From Firmicutes bacterium UBA5389 (GTDB lineage Bacteria > Bacillota > DTU025), in assembly GCA_002409965.1 (NCBI GenBank), contig DHON01000112.1, forward strand, positions 555 through 64,554: DNA of 64,000 bases, given 5' to 3'. Every line of letters starts with the position of its first letter. The stretch's first letter is position 1. This document shows positions 1 to 10,449 of this stretch, piece by piece. The position numbers and the translations under genes are program-made. Below the pieces are notes generated by a model. That model made no database searches. It had not been told where the DNA came from and saw only the letters and a program-made list of their open reading frames with translations.

Positions 1-135
1 CACCACTCGCCGGATTTTCCTTATCCGCTGAGGTCTGGTCGAGGCAAATAGAGGGCCTGTAGGCTCATTTGCCCTGCTTCGTCGTGTCAAGGGAGCATCT
101 GCTCGGGGTCGTGCATCCGCGGGTCGCGATTGAAG

Positions 136-825
136 TCATGCCGGGTCATTCCCGCGACGAGCAGCCAGGGGTTTCACTGCCCACAGTATCCACGTGGCCG
201 AGGTCATCTGCCGGGCCTCAAGGATGGCGCCGGTTTCGGCGAAAGCTGCCGTCAGTTCGTCAACGTATAGGTAGAACTCGTCGTCGAGCCAGTCGCATTG
301 CTCGCGCATCGCTTTCTCAGCATCGGAGTCTCGGAAGGCTACATCGCCCAACGCGAGAATGCCTCCGGGCCTGAGCACGCGCATCATCTCTCTGACAGCC
401 GCCGGCTGCGACTTGCGCGCCACATGATGGAGGGCGTATGTACTCACCACGGCATCGAACGAACTGTCGTCGAAGGGCAATCGCAAGAACGGATCGTCGG
501 CCAGAGCGAACTGAACATCAAGCCCCTTGGCCGCGATCTTGGCCTCGGCCTGCGCCAGCATACGCCGGGATGGGTCGAGTCCCGTCACGCACGCTCCTCG
601 CTCGGCGCACCGGATCGACAGATTGCCCGTTCCGGCGCCGATATCGAGCACTCGCGCGCTCGGGGACGCGCCCGCGATCTCTACCACAGCATCCAGCACA
701 TCGTCGTAGCTAGCGTACATGTCCAGGTCTGCCCGCACCATGTCATCGTATCGGTCAGTCCACGCATACGAGTCGAAGTCCCATACCTTCTCGTCCGTCT
801 TGTCGCCTGCATCATCAGTCGCCAA
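136..825 (-). CDS. Class I SAM-dependent methyltransferase (Methyltransf_11-like). TTG start at 825 with a GAGGAGG RBS.
   Basis: LDIGAGTG SAM-binding motif, followed by acidic loop and motif II/III spacing typical of small-molecule methyltransferases. ORF spans 229 aa with strong RBS. Confidence 0.7.
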   Translation of the reverse strand: MATDDAGDKTDEKVWDFDSYAWTDRYDDMVRADLDMYASYDDVLDAVVEIAGASPSARVLDIGAGTGNLSIRCAERGACVTGLDPSRRMLAQAEAKIAAKGLDVQFALADDPFLRLPFDDSSFDAVVSTYALHHVARKSQPAAVREMMRVLRPGGILALGDVAFRDSDAEKAMREQCDWLDDEFYLYVDELTAAFAETGAILEARQMTSATWILWAVKPLAARRGNDPA

Positions 826-915
826 ACCCGTGACCTCCTCGCCCTGAGCGCTTCATGACAATTGTACCGCAACGCTATGCGCAAAGCGAGCAGGCCAGGA
901 CTGAAAGGCCGGCCT

Positions 916-1773
916 CTATCTCGACATCTCTTTGAGCATGACTTCGTAGTCACTGACATGTTCCTTCAGAACATGGTAGCAGTGATCATCAGTGGGGAAC
1001 CTGCCAGTCCTGACGTCATCTATATACTCCCTGAATGCCTGGGTTTCGATCTCGGCTACATTCGCGTACGTCTTCACGAACTTGGGGGTAAAGGCCTGGA
1101 AAAGCCCCAGCATGTCGCCGCAGATCAGCAGCTGGCCATCGCACGGAACCCCGGCTCCAATCGAGTAGACTGGGATTGCCAGATCCTTTGCTATGAACTC
1201 AGTGAGCTCAGGCGGGACAGCTTCGAGCAGCAGTGCAAATGCGCCGGCTTCTTCAATGGCCCGCGCATCGAGGATCAACTCCTTGGCGCTTTCCGGGTCA
1301 CGCCCTTGGGCCTTGAAGCCGCCCAGTTGCCCAGAACTCTGCGGGGTGAGTCCAACGTGCCCCATGACCAGCACACCCGCATCGGCTATTGCCTTGATAC
1401 GGCCCAAAACCCGCCTGCCGCCTTCGAGCTTGACCGCGTCCATGTCGGCTTCCTTCAAGAATCGGCCTGCGTTCTGCACCGCGTCTGCGTCAGAAACCTG
1501 ATACGAAAGAAACGGCATGTCGCCGATGCAGAAGGTGTTGGGCGCTCCGCGCCGCACCGCTTGGCAGCTCCGGATGCAATCGTCCATAGTAACCGGGATG
1601 GTGCCTTGATAGCCCAGGAGAACCATGCCCAAGCTATCACCTACAAGGATCATGTCCATCCCTGCCTGTTCGGCAAAGGATGCCATGGGGAAATCGTAGG
1701 CAGTCACCCATGCTGCCTTCTCGCCCTGGCGCTTCATGCGGACGAGATCAAGGCGCGTTCTTTTCTTCGCCAT
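916..1773 (-). CDS. panB: 3-methyl-2-oxobutanoate hydroxymethyltransferase (ketopantoate hydroxymethyltransferase)
   Basis: N-terminus MAKKRTRLDLVRMKRQGEKAAWVTAYDFPMA and an internal GDSLGMV..GHVGLTPQ match the PanB family. Start moved to the internal ATG at 1773, which has a GGAGGT RBS. The ORF track began 28 codons upstream. Confidence 0.85.
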   Translation of the reverse strand: MAKKRTRLDLVRMKRQGEKAAWVTAYDFPMASFAEQAGMDMILVGDSLGMVLLGYQGTIPVTMDDCIRSCQAVRRGAPNTFCIGDMPFLSYQVSDADAVQNAGRFLKEADMDAVKLEGGRRVLGRIKAIADAGVLVMGHVGLTPQSSGQLGGFKAQGRDPESAKELILDARAIEEAGAFALLLEAVPPELTEFIAKDLAIPVYSIGAGVPCDGQLLICGDMLGLFQAFTPKFVKTYANVAEIETQAFREYIDDVRTGRFPTDDHCYHVLKEHVSDYEVMLKEMSR

Positions 1774-1802
1774 AGCTACCTCCAGCCTTTCCTTCTCACA
1801 TA

Positions 1803-1830
1803 CCGGCTGTTGCAGATTCGGCAACAGCGG
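1803..1830 (-). other. Stem-loop with a perfect 9-bp stem (GCTGTTGCC/GGCAACAGC core) between the FAD oxidase and panB. No U-tract follows.
   Basis: Inverted repeat ccGCTGTTGCcgaatctGCAACAGCgg, read on the minus strand directly from the sequence. Confidence 0.3.
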
Positions 1831-1869
1831 CATGTACAGTGTCAGTTGCCGCGCCACTCGGTCGCTAGC

Positions 1870-3252
1870 TCAGTCGATAATGGTGCCGGGATTGAGTATG
1901 TGGTTTGGATCGAACGCCTTCTTGATGCCTCTCATGATCTCTATTTCCCTGTCGGTGAATTGCTGGTCCATGTGTTTCTTCCTGGTTTTCCCGGTACCAT
2001 GCTCGGCAGTGATCGTTCCGCCGTATTTCAGAGCTGCCATATACATGTCATTTCTGATGTCGTCAAGGTAGTCTGGGAGTTTACCGTTCTCGAGCATAAT
2101 GTAGTTGTGCATGTTCCCGTCAGCTATATGGCCTATAGCAGGCGCAGTCGTATTGTACTTCTTGGCGATGGCCTTAAGGTCATTGAGTAGTGCCGGAACC
2201 GATGCAGGAGGGACCGCTATGTCAAGAGAATCTGCTAGATTCTCCTTGTATGCCGTATACACATTGCTCCTGATCTCCAGCAAGGTTCTCTGGTCTTGTG
2301 TAGTTTCTGCTATTAGGCTGTCCACGGCGCCGTTTGCCTCGCACATTTCGACTATGCGCTCGCACTTGGCATACAAGTCGTCCAGAGAGGCCTCATCGAG
2401 GATGAACATCAGGTCCACCGATCCCTGGGTCGCAGGATATGTCAACCCCATGTGCTCCGCAGAAACCAATGCCATTTCTCTGTCCATGTACTCGATGGCC
2501 AAGGGGGTTATGCCTGCCTGCAGGATCTCGGCCACCACGTCCGCGGCTTCTTGGGTGGTATCGAAGCATACGAGCAGCGTGCCCACATAGGGATTCTTGG
2601 CATACAGCTTGAGTGTGACTTCCGTGATGATGCCCAGAGTTCCCTCACTGCCGATCATCATGTGGAGCAAGTCATAACCCATGTTGTTCTTGATCATCTT
2701 GCCCCCGAGGTTGACCAGTTCGCCCGTGGGAAACACCACTTTCAAGCCTCTCACGTGGTTCCGCATGATACCGTGTTTGACGGCCCTTACTCCGCCGGCG
2801 TTCTCTGCAACCATTCCGCCGATCTGAGCTCCTTCATCTCCGGGGTGCACCGGGAAGAAGAGCTTGTCGTGTTTCTTCATCTCTTCGAGCAAGCCTTCCA
2901 AAGTAACGCCCGCTTCCACGGTTATCATCAGATTCTTGCTGTCGAACTCAACGATCCTGTTGAGTCTTTCCAGAGACAGGACGATGCTCGGAACAGTGGG
3001 AATGGCGGCGCCGCAAAGACCAGTACCTCCGCCTCTTGGGACTATGGGCACGAGATGTCGATTAGCAGTTTTCGCTATGCTAGAGACTTCTTCAGCGGTG
3101 GCCGGCTTTACTACAACACAATCTTCACAGGCTCTGGGCCTTATCTTCAGCTCTGTTTCATCATACAGATAGCTCTGCATCTGGGACAGGTCTGTTACGA
3201 CCCAGTCCTCTCCCACGATGCCGACTAGTTCGCTGACGATCTCCTTCTTCAT
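1870..3252 (-). CDS. FAD-linked oxidase of the glycolate oxidase GlcD / D-lactate dehydrogenase family
   Basis: PCMH-type FAD-binding region (VVKPATAEEV..IVPRGGGTGLCGAA) and a C-terminal FAD-oxidase_C region (HIGDGN.H). Start set at MKKEIV (ATG 3252, GGAGGT RBS). Confidence 0.8.
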   Translation of the reverse strand: MKKEIVSELVGIVGEDWVVTDLSQMQSYLYDETELKIRPRACEDCVVVKPATAEEVSSIAKTANRHLVPIVPRGGGTGLCGAAIPTVPSIVLSLERLNRIVEFDSKNLMITVEAGVTLEGLLEEMKKHDKLFFPVHPGDEGAQIGGMVAENAGGVRAVKHGIMRNHVRGLKVVFPTGELVNLGGKMIKNNMGYDLLHMMIGSEGTLGIITEVTLKLYAKNPYVGTLLVCFDTTQEAADVVAEILQAGITPLAIEYMDREMALVSAEHMGLTYPATQGSVDLMFILDEASLDDLYAKCERIVEMCEANGAVDSLIAETTQDQRTLLEIRSNVYTAYKENLADSLDIAVPPASVPALLNDLKAIAKKYNTTAPAIGHIADGNMHNYIMLENGKLPDYLDDIRNDMYMAALKYGGTITAEHGTGKTRKKHMDQQFTDREIEIMRGIKKAFDPNHILNPGTIID

Positions 3253-3309
3253 ATCAACTAACCTCCATTGCTCGCGAAACACGATCTTCAAAGACGAATC
3301 GGAAGCCGC

Positions 3310-4593
3310 CTAGAATCCATGAATCAGACGCGGCAACCAGGTCAGCATCTGCGGAAAGTTGGACATGAACAGGCAGAAAGCGATCTCCACTGCGAGAAGA
3401 GGGAGAATCGGCTTGCTGATCTCCTCGATCTTCAGGTCCGCGACCCCGCACGCCACGAAGAGATTCACGGCCATGGGCGGAGTTATCATCCCAACTGACG
3501 TGTTGACTACCATGATAATGCCCAGTGCCAGTGGATCCAGCCCGATGCGCGCCGCCAGCGGAATTAGGATCGGCGCAACCAGAAGGATTATCGCCTGTGT
3601 CTCGAGGAACGTGCCAAGGAAGAGCAGCAACACGTTGATGAGGAAGATCAGCACGAACGGGCTGCTGGAAATGGCCATCATCCCGCGGGTCACCGTATCG
3701 GCAATGCGCGCCGAGGTAATGAGCCAGCTGAATGAGGACGACGCGGCAATCACGAACAAAACCACCGATGTGCTGATACCAGCCTTCACAAGCGTCTTGG
3801 GCAAATCCTTGATCGTGAACTCACGATACACAAATAGGCCTACGATCAGGGAGTAGACAACCGCCACCGCCGCCGCCTCAGTCGGCGTGAAAACGCCGCC
3901 GTAGATTCCGCCCAAGACGATAATGGGCATCAAGAGAGCCCATGCAGCATCGCGAGCCGCTGCGCCTATTTCGCGCCAGCTGTAACGGCGGTCGCCTCTG
4001 AGCCCGAGCCGCCTGGCCTGCACCAGCACGACCAAGGTGAGAAGCAGAGCAATGGCGATCCCCGGTATGAGGCCGGCAATGAACAGATCTCCGATGGAAC
4101 AGCCCGATACTACCCCGTAGGTAACCATTGGGATGCTAGGCGGTATGATGACGCCCAGCGTGCCTGCGGCGGCCGCTATTGCGGCAGCATACGGCTTGGG
4201 ATATCCGGCCTTGATCATGGCCGGAATCATGATGCCGCCGATAGAGGCCACAGTGGCAGGATTGGATCCGGAGATCGCGCCAAAAAACGCTGAAGAGACG
4301 ATTGTTATGATGCCCAGTCCTCCGGGCACCGGTCCGACCAAGGTCTTCGAGAAGTTCACAAGCCTCTTGGAGATCCCTCCCCCCTCCATTAGGCCTCCGG
4401 CCAGCATGAAGAAGGGAATGGCCATGAACGGGAAAGAATCCACAGCCGTGAACATGCGCTGCACAACCAGAAGCGGCGGTGTGGCCATGGGCCCGAAGAA
4501 CAGGGCTACCATGGACGCTAGGCCCAATGCCACAGCTATTGGGATGTTGAGCAGCATGAGTGCAACAAACGCGCCGAAAAGCAATGCTCCCAT
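3310..4593 (-). CDS. dctM: TRAP transporter large permease (DctM family)
   Basis: 427-aa polytopic membrane protein. N-terminus MGALLFGAFVALMLLNIPIAVALG and overall pattern are typical of DctM. Confidence 0.85.
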   Translation of the reverse strand: MGALLFGAFVALMLLNIPIAVALGLASMVALFFGPMATPPLLVVQRMFTAVDSFPFMAIPFFMLAGGLMEGGGISKRLVNFSKTLVGPVPGGLGIITIVSSAFFGAISGSNPATVASIGGIMIPAMIKAGYPKPYAAAIAAAAGTLGVIIPPSIPMVTYGVVSGCSIGDLFIAGLIPGIAIALLLTLVVLVQARRLGLRGDRRYSWREIGAAARDAAWALLMPIIVLGGIYGGVFTPTEAAAVAVVYSLIVGLFVYREFTIKDLPKTLVKAGISTSVVLFVIAASSSFSWLITSARIADTVTRGMMAISSSPFVLIFLINVLLLFLGTFLETQAIILLVAPILIPLAARIGLDPLALGIIMVVNTSVGMITPPMAVNLFVACGVADLKIEEISKPILPLLAVEIAFCLFMSNFPQMLTWLPRLIHGF

Positions 4594-4597
4594 AGCC

Positions 4598-5068
4598 TCA
4601 TCCCTCCTGTCGCCTATTAGCTATCGTTCCTATGAGGTGCTGCACAGACCGCACGATCATCAGGCAGGCTCCGAACGGAATCGCAGCGTATGCCCAGTAG
4701 ATCGGGATCTCAAGGGCAGGCGAAGTCTGGCCGGTGTCGAACTGGTTGCGCATGATCTGAGCGGCCAGGATGACGACCAGCACGTTGAAAACGATGATTA
4801 TCACATACCTGAGAGCGTCGAGGAACGGACGCCATTTCTTAGGAAGTGCAGAGACGAACGCCTCGACTCCCAGGTGAGATCCTTTCTTCAGTCCGGCCGA
4901 AGCGCCTATGTAAGCCAGCCAGACCATCATGTACCTGGCTGCCTCCTCGCCCCACGTAATCGGGAAGAAGAACACGTAGCGCGCCATGGTTGACACGAAC
5001 ACGAGGATGGTCATCAGCCCTAATAGCACAATTATGGCCCACTCTTCGAAGCGATCCAGAAACCGCAT
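4598..5068 (-). CDS. dctQ: TRAP transporter small permease (DctQ family)
   Basis: About 156 aa with four TM segments. Start set at MRFLDRFEEW (ATG 5068, AGGAGGT RBS). The upstream part of the track ORF is probably non-coding. Confidence 0.75.
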   Translation of the reverse strand: MRFLDRFEEWAIIVLLGLMTILVFVSTMARYVFFFPITWGEEAARYMMVWLAYIGASAGLKKGSHLGVEAFVSALPKKWRPFLDALRYVIIIVFNVLVVILAAQIMRNQFDTGQTSPALEIPIYWAYAAIPFGACLMIVRSVQHLIGTIANRRQEG

Positions 5069-5144
5069 GAGGGGGTACCTCCTTGATTCGATGGGGTCCC
5101 GCCTGCAAAGCAGGCGAAACCCCATATTGGCTACATAGAGAGAA

Positions 5145-6125
5145 CTACTTCCCACGCAGGGCACGGATGGTATCAAGACCGATCTCGGCCTCGAACTGCT
5201 TGTAGACCGGTTCGCACGCCTTCTCGAATGCATCCAGATCCGGCCTGCTAACCTGCATGCCGGCAGCCTTCAGCTCGCTGACCAGGCTATCCTCTAGGTC
5301 CTGACAGTATTTGCGCTCCCAGTCGCGGGCTTCGGTCGCTGCATCCTGTATCGCCTTCTGCTGGTCAGGAGTGAGATTGCTGAAGAACCTCTGCCCGATC
5401 AGCAAAGCCGCAGGAGAGTAGAAGTGGCCTGTCAGGGCCAGATGCTTCTGAACCTCGTAGAACTTGGACGTCTTGATGATGACCAGAGGGTTCTCCTGTC
5501 CGTCTACGGTCTTCTGCTGCAGCGCGGTGAACAGCTCGCCAAAGGGCATTGGCACAGGAGCGGCGCCAAGGGTCTTGAACGTGGCCATGTGCACAGGGTT
5601 CTCCATGAGGCGGATCTTCAGGCCCGCCACGTCAGCCGGCTTCTCAATCGGTCGCCTGCTGTTCGTGAGCATTCGGAAGCCGTTCTCCCAAAAAGCCAGG
5701 GTCTTGATGCCCTTGGGCTCCAAGGATGCCGCCATCTGATTGCCAAGGTCACCGTCAAGAGCCTTGTAGGCACTGGCACGATCCTTCACGATGAAAGGCA
5801 GGTCAAACACGAGGAACTTCTTGGAGAAATTCGCGAGCGGGGCCGTCGACACCAGTGTCGCTTCTAGAGTCCCAAGGGTGACGCCTTCAATGGCATCTCG
5901 CTCGCTGCCCAACTGGGAACTGTGGAAGATCTGCACCTCGATGGCGCCGTTGGTCTTGGCATTGACCAGTTCCGCGAATTTCTCTAGGCCCATCTGATAA
6001 TGGGAGTCGGGAGCCAGAGTGTGGTTCAGACGGATGATCTTCTTCGCTGGCGCACCTACTGCCAGGCCGGCCATGAATACGCACACTATGGCCAAGGTCA
6101 GAGCAAAGCAGAGTGTCCTTCTCAT
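5145..6125 (-). CDS. dctP: TRAP transporter solute-binding protein (DctP family) with signal peptide
   Basis: Signal peptide MRRTLCFALTLAIVCVFMAGLAVGA, then a DctP-like sequence (IRLNHTLAPDSHYQMGLEKFAELVNAKTNGAIEVQIF). AGAGGAGGAAG RBS. Confidence 0.85.
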   Translation of the reverse strand: MRRTLCFALTLAIVCVFMAGLAVGAPAKKIIRLNHTLAPDSHYQMGLEKFAELVNAKTNGAIEVQIFHSSQLGSERDAIEGVTLGTLEATLVSTAPLANFSKKFLVFDLPFIVKDRASAYKALDGDLGNQMAASLEPKGIKTLAFWENGFRMLTNSRRPIEKPADVAGLKIRLMENPVHMATFKTLGAAPVPMPFGELFTALQQKTVDGQENPLVIIKTSKFYEVQKHLALTGHFYSPAALLIGQRFFSNLTPDQQKAIQDAATEARDWERKYCQDLEDSLVSELKAAGMQVSRPDLDAFEKACEPVYKQFEAEIGLDTIRALRGK

Positions 6126-6210
6126 CTGTGGGCTTCCTCCTCTTTGTGTTGTTCAGCACGAGTGACGTTTGCAGCAAGGGCTGATTGTACCGATGGAGCG
6201 CGTCACCTCC

Positions 6211-7227
6211 TTACGCGAGCTTTGGACACACAACATTGATTCGGCCAGCATACTGCGATGCAACCACAATAGCCTCCTCCATGCTGACAGGACTGGCAAC
6301 CCCTCTTCCTGCGATATCAAGAGCTGTGCCGTGATCGACGGAGGTTCGCAGGAAGGGCAAGCCGCACGTCACACTGACTGTACGTTCAAAATCCAGAGTC
6401 TTGGCGGCAATGTGACCTTGGTCGTGATACAAAGACAACACCGCGTCGAAGCGTCCTGTTTTTGCCAGGTGGAAAACGGAATCGGCCGGAATGGGGCCCA
6501 CGACCAGGTGGCCCCGGGCCTTGGCCTCAGCCACCGCAGGCTCAATCTCCCGGGTCTCTTCGTCGCCGAAAAGCCCATGTTCCCCGGAATGTGGGTTCAG
6601 GCCGGCAACCGCCAACGTAGGCTTCTCGACGCCCAGACGCGCCAGAGCGTCAGTGCAGCGCCCGATGTAGTCGAGCAGACGTTCTCTGGTGATCAGCTGT
6701 AGGGCCTCGGCCAGGGATACGTGTCGAGTCAAGAAGAATATCCTGAGTCCAAGAACCTGGAACATGGTGAGGGGGTCGTCAGTGCCGGTCAGCTCCCCGT
6801 ACATCTCCGTATGCCCGATGAACGGGACATCGGCGGCGCGGATGGATTCTTTGTTGATTGGGGCGGTGGCCACTGCGGCGATGGATCCTGACACGGCAAG
6901 ACTGATCGACGCCTCGATGTACTCATATGCCGCCCGACCGGCCATGGCCTGCACCTGACCCATTTGAAGGCGATCTGTGTCCACGTTGTGAAGATCATAC
7001 ACGTCCAGAACCCCGTGTACATACTGGCCGAGTTTGGGATGGGCTATCGAATGGACCTTCGGTCCCAGTACCAGCGCTTCCGCCGTTTTCGCGATGACGC
7101 CGGCATCGCCCAGTATGAGAGGTCGGCAAATATCGTACATGGCGGGATTGTTCAGAGCCTTGACCACAATCTCTGGGCCGATGCCCGCCGGATCGCCCAT
7201 GGTAATACCGATAACGGGACGAGTCAT
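6211..7227 (-). CDS. PdxA-family 4-hydroxythreonine-4-phosphate dehydrogenase-like enzyme (PdxA2-type, likely D-threonate/erythronate 4-phosphate dehydrogenase)
   Basis: N-terminus [25 protein letters not shown] and [12 protein letters not shown] motifs of the PdxA family. 4-bp overlap with the upstream DUF1537 kinase gene. Confidence 0.8.
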   Translation of the reverse strand: MTRPVIGITMGDPAGIGPEIVVKALNNPAMYDICRPLILGDAGVIAKTAEALVLGPKVHSIAHPKLGQYVHGVLDVYDLHNVDTDRLQMGQVQAMAGRAAYEYIEASISLAVSGSIAAVATAPINKESIRAADVPFIGHTEMYGELTGTDDPLTMFQVLGLRIFFLTRHVSLAEALQLITRERLLDYIGRCTDALARLGVEKPTLAVAGLNPHSGEHGLFGDEETREIEPAVAEAKARGHLVVGPIPADSVFHLAKTGRFDAVLSLYHDQGHIAAKTLDFERTVSVTCGLPFLRTSVDHGTALDIAGRGVASPVSMEEAIVVASQYAGRINVVCPKLA

Positions 7228-8534
7228 ACACGCTCCTCCAAGCTACCAATAAGGTGATTCACGCACGCCAGCGCCGCGTTAGGTCCTCCTACGAGACCTC
7301 CTTTGGTTACAAGGGGCAAGCCAGAGTAACTCCCTCCCACAAGCCGTCCGTACGTGGCAAGCGGCAGGACTTCATCGAGCAGTTCGATACCTTGAGCGCC
7401 GCAAGCTCGACACAGGGCGGCTATGATGTCGCCCCCGGTGCCATAGACGCCCACTTCTGACCGCCCCATCTCCGTCAGAGACTCAACTGCGATCTGGGCC
7501 AGACCGTCTGCGATACTGCAGGTGACAGCGGCCGGCGCAACGCCCAACTGAGCCGCGAGCGCTCCGATGTCGAGGATGTCTTCTGCATGTGAGACTGTGT
7601 GCAGGCACACAACTGGCGTGTTCGCCGCAGCCCTAGTCACAGATTCCAGCGCTCGGCCGGCCTCGGCTGTCGCAAGACTCCCTCCGCGTGCCAGCGCCTC
7701 AGCCTTCACATGTACGAACATGCAGGGAATACTGGACTGCAGCACTTCGAGCTGTTCACGGGTCTGCGCGGTCACGCTCCCGACCACCGCCAGCACACGC
7801 CCGAGAGTGCGCCGTGGGCTCGGGAAAAGCGCGGCTGCGAGTTCAGCGCCGAAAGGACCTGGATCGGCCGAAACCACCGGCAGCCCACACTGCGCAGCGC
7901 CGCGGACAATGGTCTGCAGGTCGGCATCGGCGATGCAATCCATGGCGATGACCCGGTTCCCATCGGAGTAGAGGCCCCGAAGCGCGTCCGCCACGGCCTG
8001 ACTTCCCTGAAGCACCGTGGAGATAGGGATAACCCCTACCGAGTTACGGCTCTGCGCAGATAGCAGATCTGGAAGCGATGAGCTGCGGATCGGACACGTG
8101 GGGTCATTTGCGACATCTGTCAGCTCCAGAGGCACTCCGCTCACTAAGTGGTAACCGCCCACTGTGGATCGTCCGCTGCCGGGAAACGCCGCCACAACCA
8201 CAGCCATCGCGTCCGTGCCCTGCTCTCGCAACGCCTGTAGCAGGGCGTCAATCTCCGCGCCCAGATTGCCCCTGAGCGTGCTGTCGATCCGTTTGTCGAA
8301 ATGCTGCACTCCCAGGCCCAGCAGGTCTTTGGCCGCCTGGTATACGCGTCTGTACGCTTCTTTCGGGGGTATCGCGCGGCTCTCGGTAGTGACTACGACC
8401 ACATCGGGATCCCCCGGCAGCTCGCATCGGGCGCCGCCCAAAGACGAAATCGCGCGGAAACCTCGCTTGCCGAAGAGAATCCCAGTGGCGTTCGCGCCGG
8501 TGAGGTCATCAGCAATGACTGCCAGCCTCGGCAT
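7224..8534 (-). CDS. Four-carbon acid-sugar kinase (DUF1537, OtnK/DtnK family)
   Basis: N-terminus [18 protein letters not shown] matches the conserved ADDFTGA start of OtnK/DtnK kinases. Length about 436 aa. Co-located with PdxA2, as in known threonate/erythronate loci. Confidence 0.8.
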   Translation of the reverse strand: MPRLAVIADDLTGANATGILFGKRGFRAISSLGGARCELPGDPDVVVVTTESRAIPPKEAYRRVYQAAKDLLGLGVQHFDKRIDSTLRGNLGAEIDALLQALREQGTDAMAVVVAAFPGSGRSTVGGYHLVSGVPLELTDVANDPTCPIRSSSLPDLLSAQSRNSVGVIPISTVLQGSQAVADALRGLYSDGNRVIAMDCIADADLQTIVRGAAQCGLPVVSADPGPFGAELAAALFPSPRRTLGRVLAVVGSVTAQTREQLEVLQSSIPCMFVHVKAEALARGGSLATAEAGRALESVTRAAANTPVVCLHTVSHAEDILDIGALAAQLGVAPAAVTCSIADGLAQIAVESLTEMGRSEVGVYGTGGDIIAALCRACGAQGIELLDEVLPLATYGRLVGGSYSGLPLVTKGGLVGGPNAALACVNHLIGSLEERV

Positions 8535-8549
8535 TCACAATCTCCCCTC

Positions 8550-9332
8550 TCACACACAGACAAGGCGCACGCCCTGTCGCTCCAAAGCCTCTTTGCGGTC
8601 TGCGGCAAGATCGTTGTCGGTGATTACCGAAGTGAACTGGTTCAACCGCCTGACCTCAACGAGAGAGCCTATTCCGAACTTGCTGCTATCAACAACAAGG
8701 TGCGTGTTGTTCGCCGCCGCGCAGACTAGAGCCTTGATGCTGGCCTTCTCGGGGTTTGGAGACATGAGCCCGATTTCCATGTCAACAGCGTGGGCGCCCA
8801 CAAACGCCCGGTCGGCCCGGATCGTGCGGAAGAAATTCTCAGCGTGGCTTCCGACCATGGAGTAGACACCCTGCTGCACAGTACCTCCGGTGCCTATCAC
8901 GGTGAGCAGCGGACAATCAGAAAGCTCATTCAGAATGCAGATATCGTTGGTTACAACGGTGAGACCATCTGGGGGGCGATTTCTCAGGAGCATGGCGATG
9001 AAGTAGGTAGTTGAGCCCGCATCCAGGATTATGCTTTCTCCTGGTTTGATCAGATCCACAGCAGCTCGCGCAATGGCCTGTTTCTGCCGAACGTGCTCGT
9101 GCCGTTTGGCACGGTAGGGCGTCTCCGCGAGCAGCCTGTCATTGGCCACAGCGCCGCCATGGGTGCGCCTGAGCAAGCCCGAACACTCCAGTTGCCGAAG
9201 ATCTCTGCGAATGGTCATCTCAGAAACGCGAAGCATTCCGGCTAGTTCAGGCACTTGAGCGCTGCCGCGCTGCTGCAGAAAATCGACTATGCGATGCCTT
9301 CGCTCCTCAGCAAGCAGTTGGATCACCTCCAA
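8550..9332 (-). CDS. DeoR/GlpR-family transcriptional regulator
   Basis: HTH signature VPELAGMLRVSEMTIRRDLRQLECSGLLRRTHGGAV and a DeoR C-terminal sugar-phosphate domain. Start is uncertain. It was placed near the GTG/TTG at 9326-9332 behind a GGAGGTGA RBS, because DeoR proteins are about 255 aa and the HTH is N-terminal. Confidence 0.7.
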   Translation of the reverse strand: MEVIQLLAEERRHRIVDFLQQRGSAQVPELAGMLRVSEMTIRRDLRQLECSGLLRRTHGGAVANDRLLAETPYRAKRHEHVRQKQAIARAAVDLIKPGESIILDAGSTTYFIAMLLRNRPPDGLTVVTNDICILNELSDCPLLTVIGTGGTVQQGVYSMVGSHAENFFRTIRADRAFVGAHAVDMEIGLMSPNPEKASIKALVCAAANNTHLVVDSSKFGIGSLVEVRRLNQFTSVITDNDLAADRKEALERQGVRLVCV

Positions 9333-9553
9333 CCGTCCTCGTGTTGATGTTCGATATTGGCCATTTGTTCGATTTTGTCCATTTGCTGGTGTCATAGTTC
9401 GACCCGTGATGGCGCGATTCCTTCTTGCCGAACAGAAAAAGTTGAAATCACCCGTCTGGGCGATACTCCTTTCGGACACGCCGTGGTAGTCTGACGTTGA
9501 CGTCCGCGCACACGTATCGCACGGCCGAATCAGGTGGAAGGTGGGTTTCTTTT

Positions 9554-10438
9554 ATGGGAGGAGTCGCTGACGCCGAGTCACAGGCCCAAATCGCGTCGCG
9601 AGCTATTCGATCTGAGTCTGACGCGGCTCGAATGCTCCCCCACCTGCGGCTAGTCGCCCAGCTGTGGTGGATGGCCGGAGACGAAGGCGAAATGGAACGA
9701 GTGATGGCGCGGGCTCTGGAAAGCGCCCAAGGCAACGCGGAGCATCTGGCGGACGTGGCCGACTCGTGGGCTTGCTTCGGCGAACACGGCAGAGCCATCG
9801 AGATCGCCAGAGCGGCTCTCGATCTTCAACCCAGCCAGGGCCGCGCCCTGCACGTGCTGGGCTCGTCGCTGCTTGAGATCGGCGATGTCGAAGAAGGAAT
9901 CGTAGCATTGTACGAAGCGGCCAAGGCCGAGCCCGACCAGGTTGAAACCCATCTGCGTTTGGGTGTTGCGCTGATCCATGTCGGCAGGCCCGATGTCGCC
10001 CTCAGGGCATTCGATTTCGCCGCGATGGTCGACCCCGACGGCGCCGATGATCCTTATGCTCGAGTATGGCGCGCATTCGCCTTAGCAGGCACGGGTCGTA
10101 ACGAGGAAGCCTTCGAGTCTGTGGAGGGGCTGGAGGCGCAGACGCCCGGCAACGTGGAACTCAGTGTTCTGCTGGCCACGTTCTACGGTACGGTCGTAGG
10201 CCGTCCCGATATGGCCATTCCCCTGCTGACGCAGGCCCTCGACGACGAGCCCGAGCACAGCATCGCCAGTGTAGGGTTGGTGACCGCCCTTGAGGCGTGC
10301 GGATACCGCGCCGAGGCCGACGAAGCCTTGGAGCAACTTCGCGAGTTCGATTCTGTGAGCGCGGCGCGGGTGGATCATGCCCGTGCAACCCGTGATCGCA
10401 AGCGCCAGGGCATTTCAAACATGTCGGCCGCGCACTGA
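9554..10438 (+). CDS. Tetratricopeptide-repeat (TPR) protein
   Basis: Repeated 34-residue A/L/G-rich helix pairs (ALDLQPSQGRALHVLGSSLLEIGD..., ALYEAAKAEPDQVETHLRLGVALIHVGR...). ATG at 9554 with a GGAAGGTGGG RBS. Confidence 0.6.
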   Translation: MGGVADAESQAQIASRAIRSESDAARMLPHLRLVAQLWWMAGDEGEMERVMARALESAQGNAEHLADVADSWACFGEHGRAIEIARAALDLQPSQGRALHVLGSSLLEIGDVEEGIVALYEAAKAEPDQVETHLRLGVALIHVGRPDVALRAFDFAAMVDPDGADDPYARVWRAFALAGTGRNEEAFESVEGLEAQTPGNVELSVLLATFYGTVVGRPDMAIPLLTQALDDEPEHSIASVGLVTALEACGYRAEADEALEQLREFDSVSAARVDHARATRDRKRQGISNMSAAH

Positions 10439-10449
10439 CGCGCAGTGGA

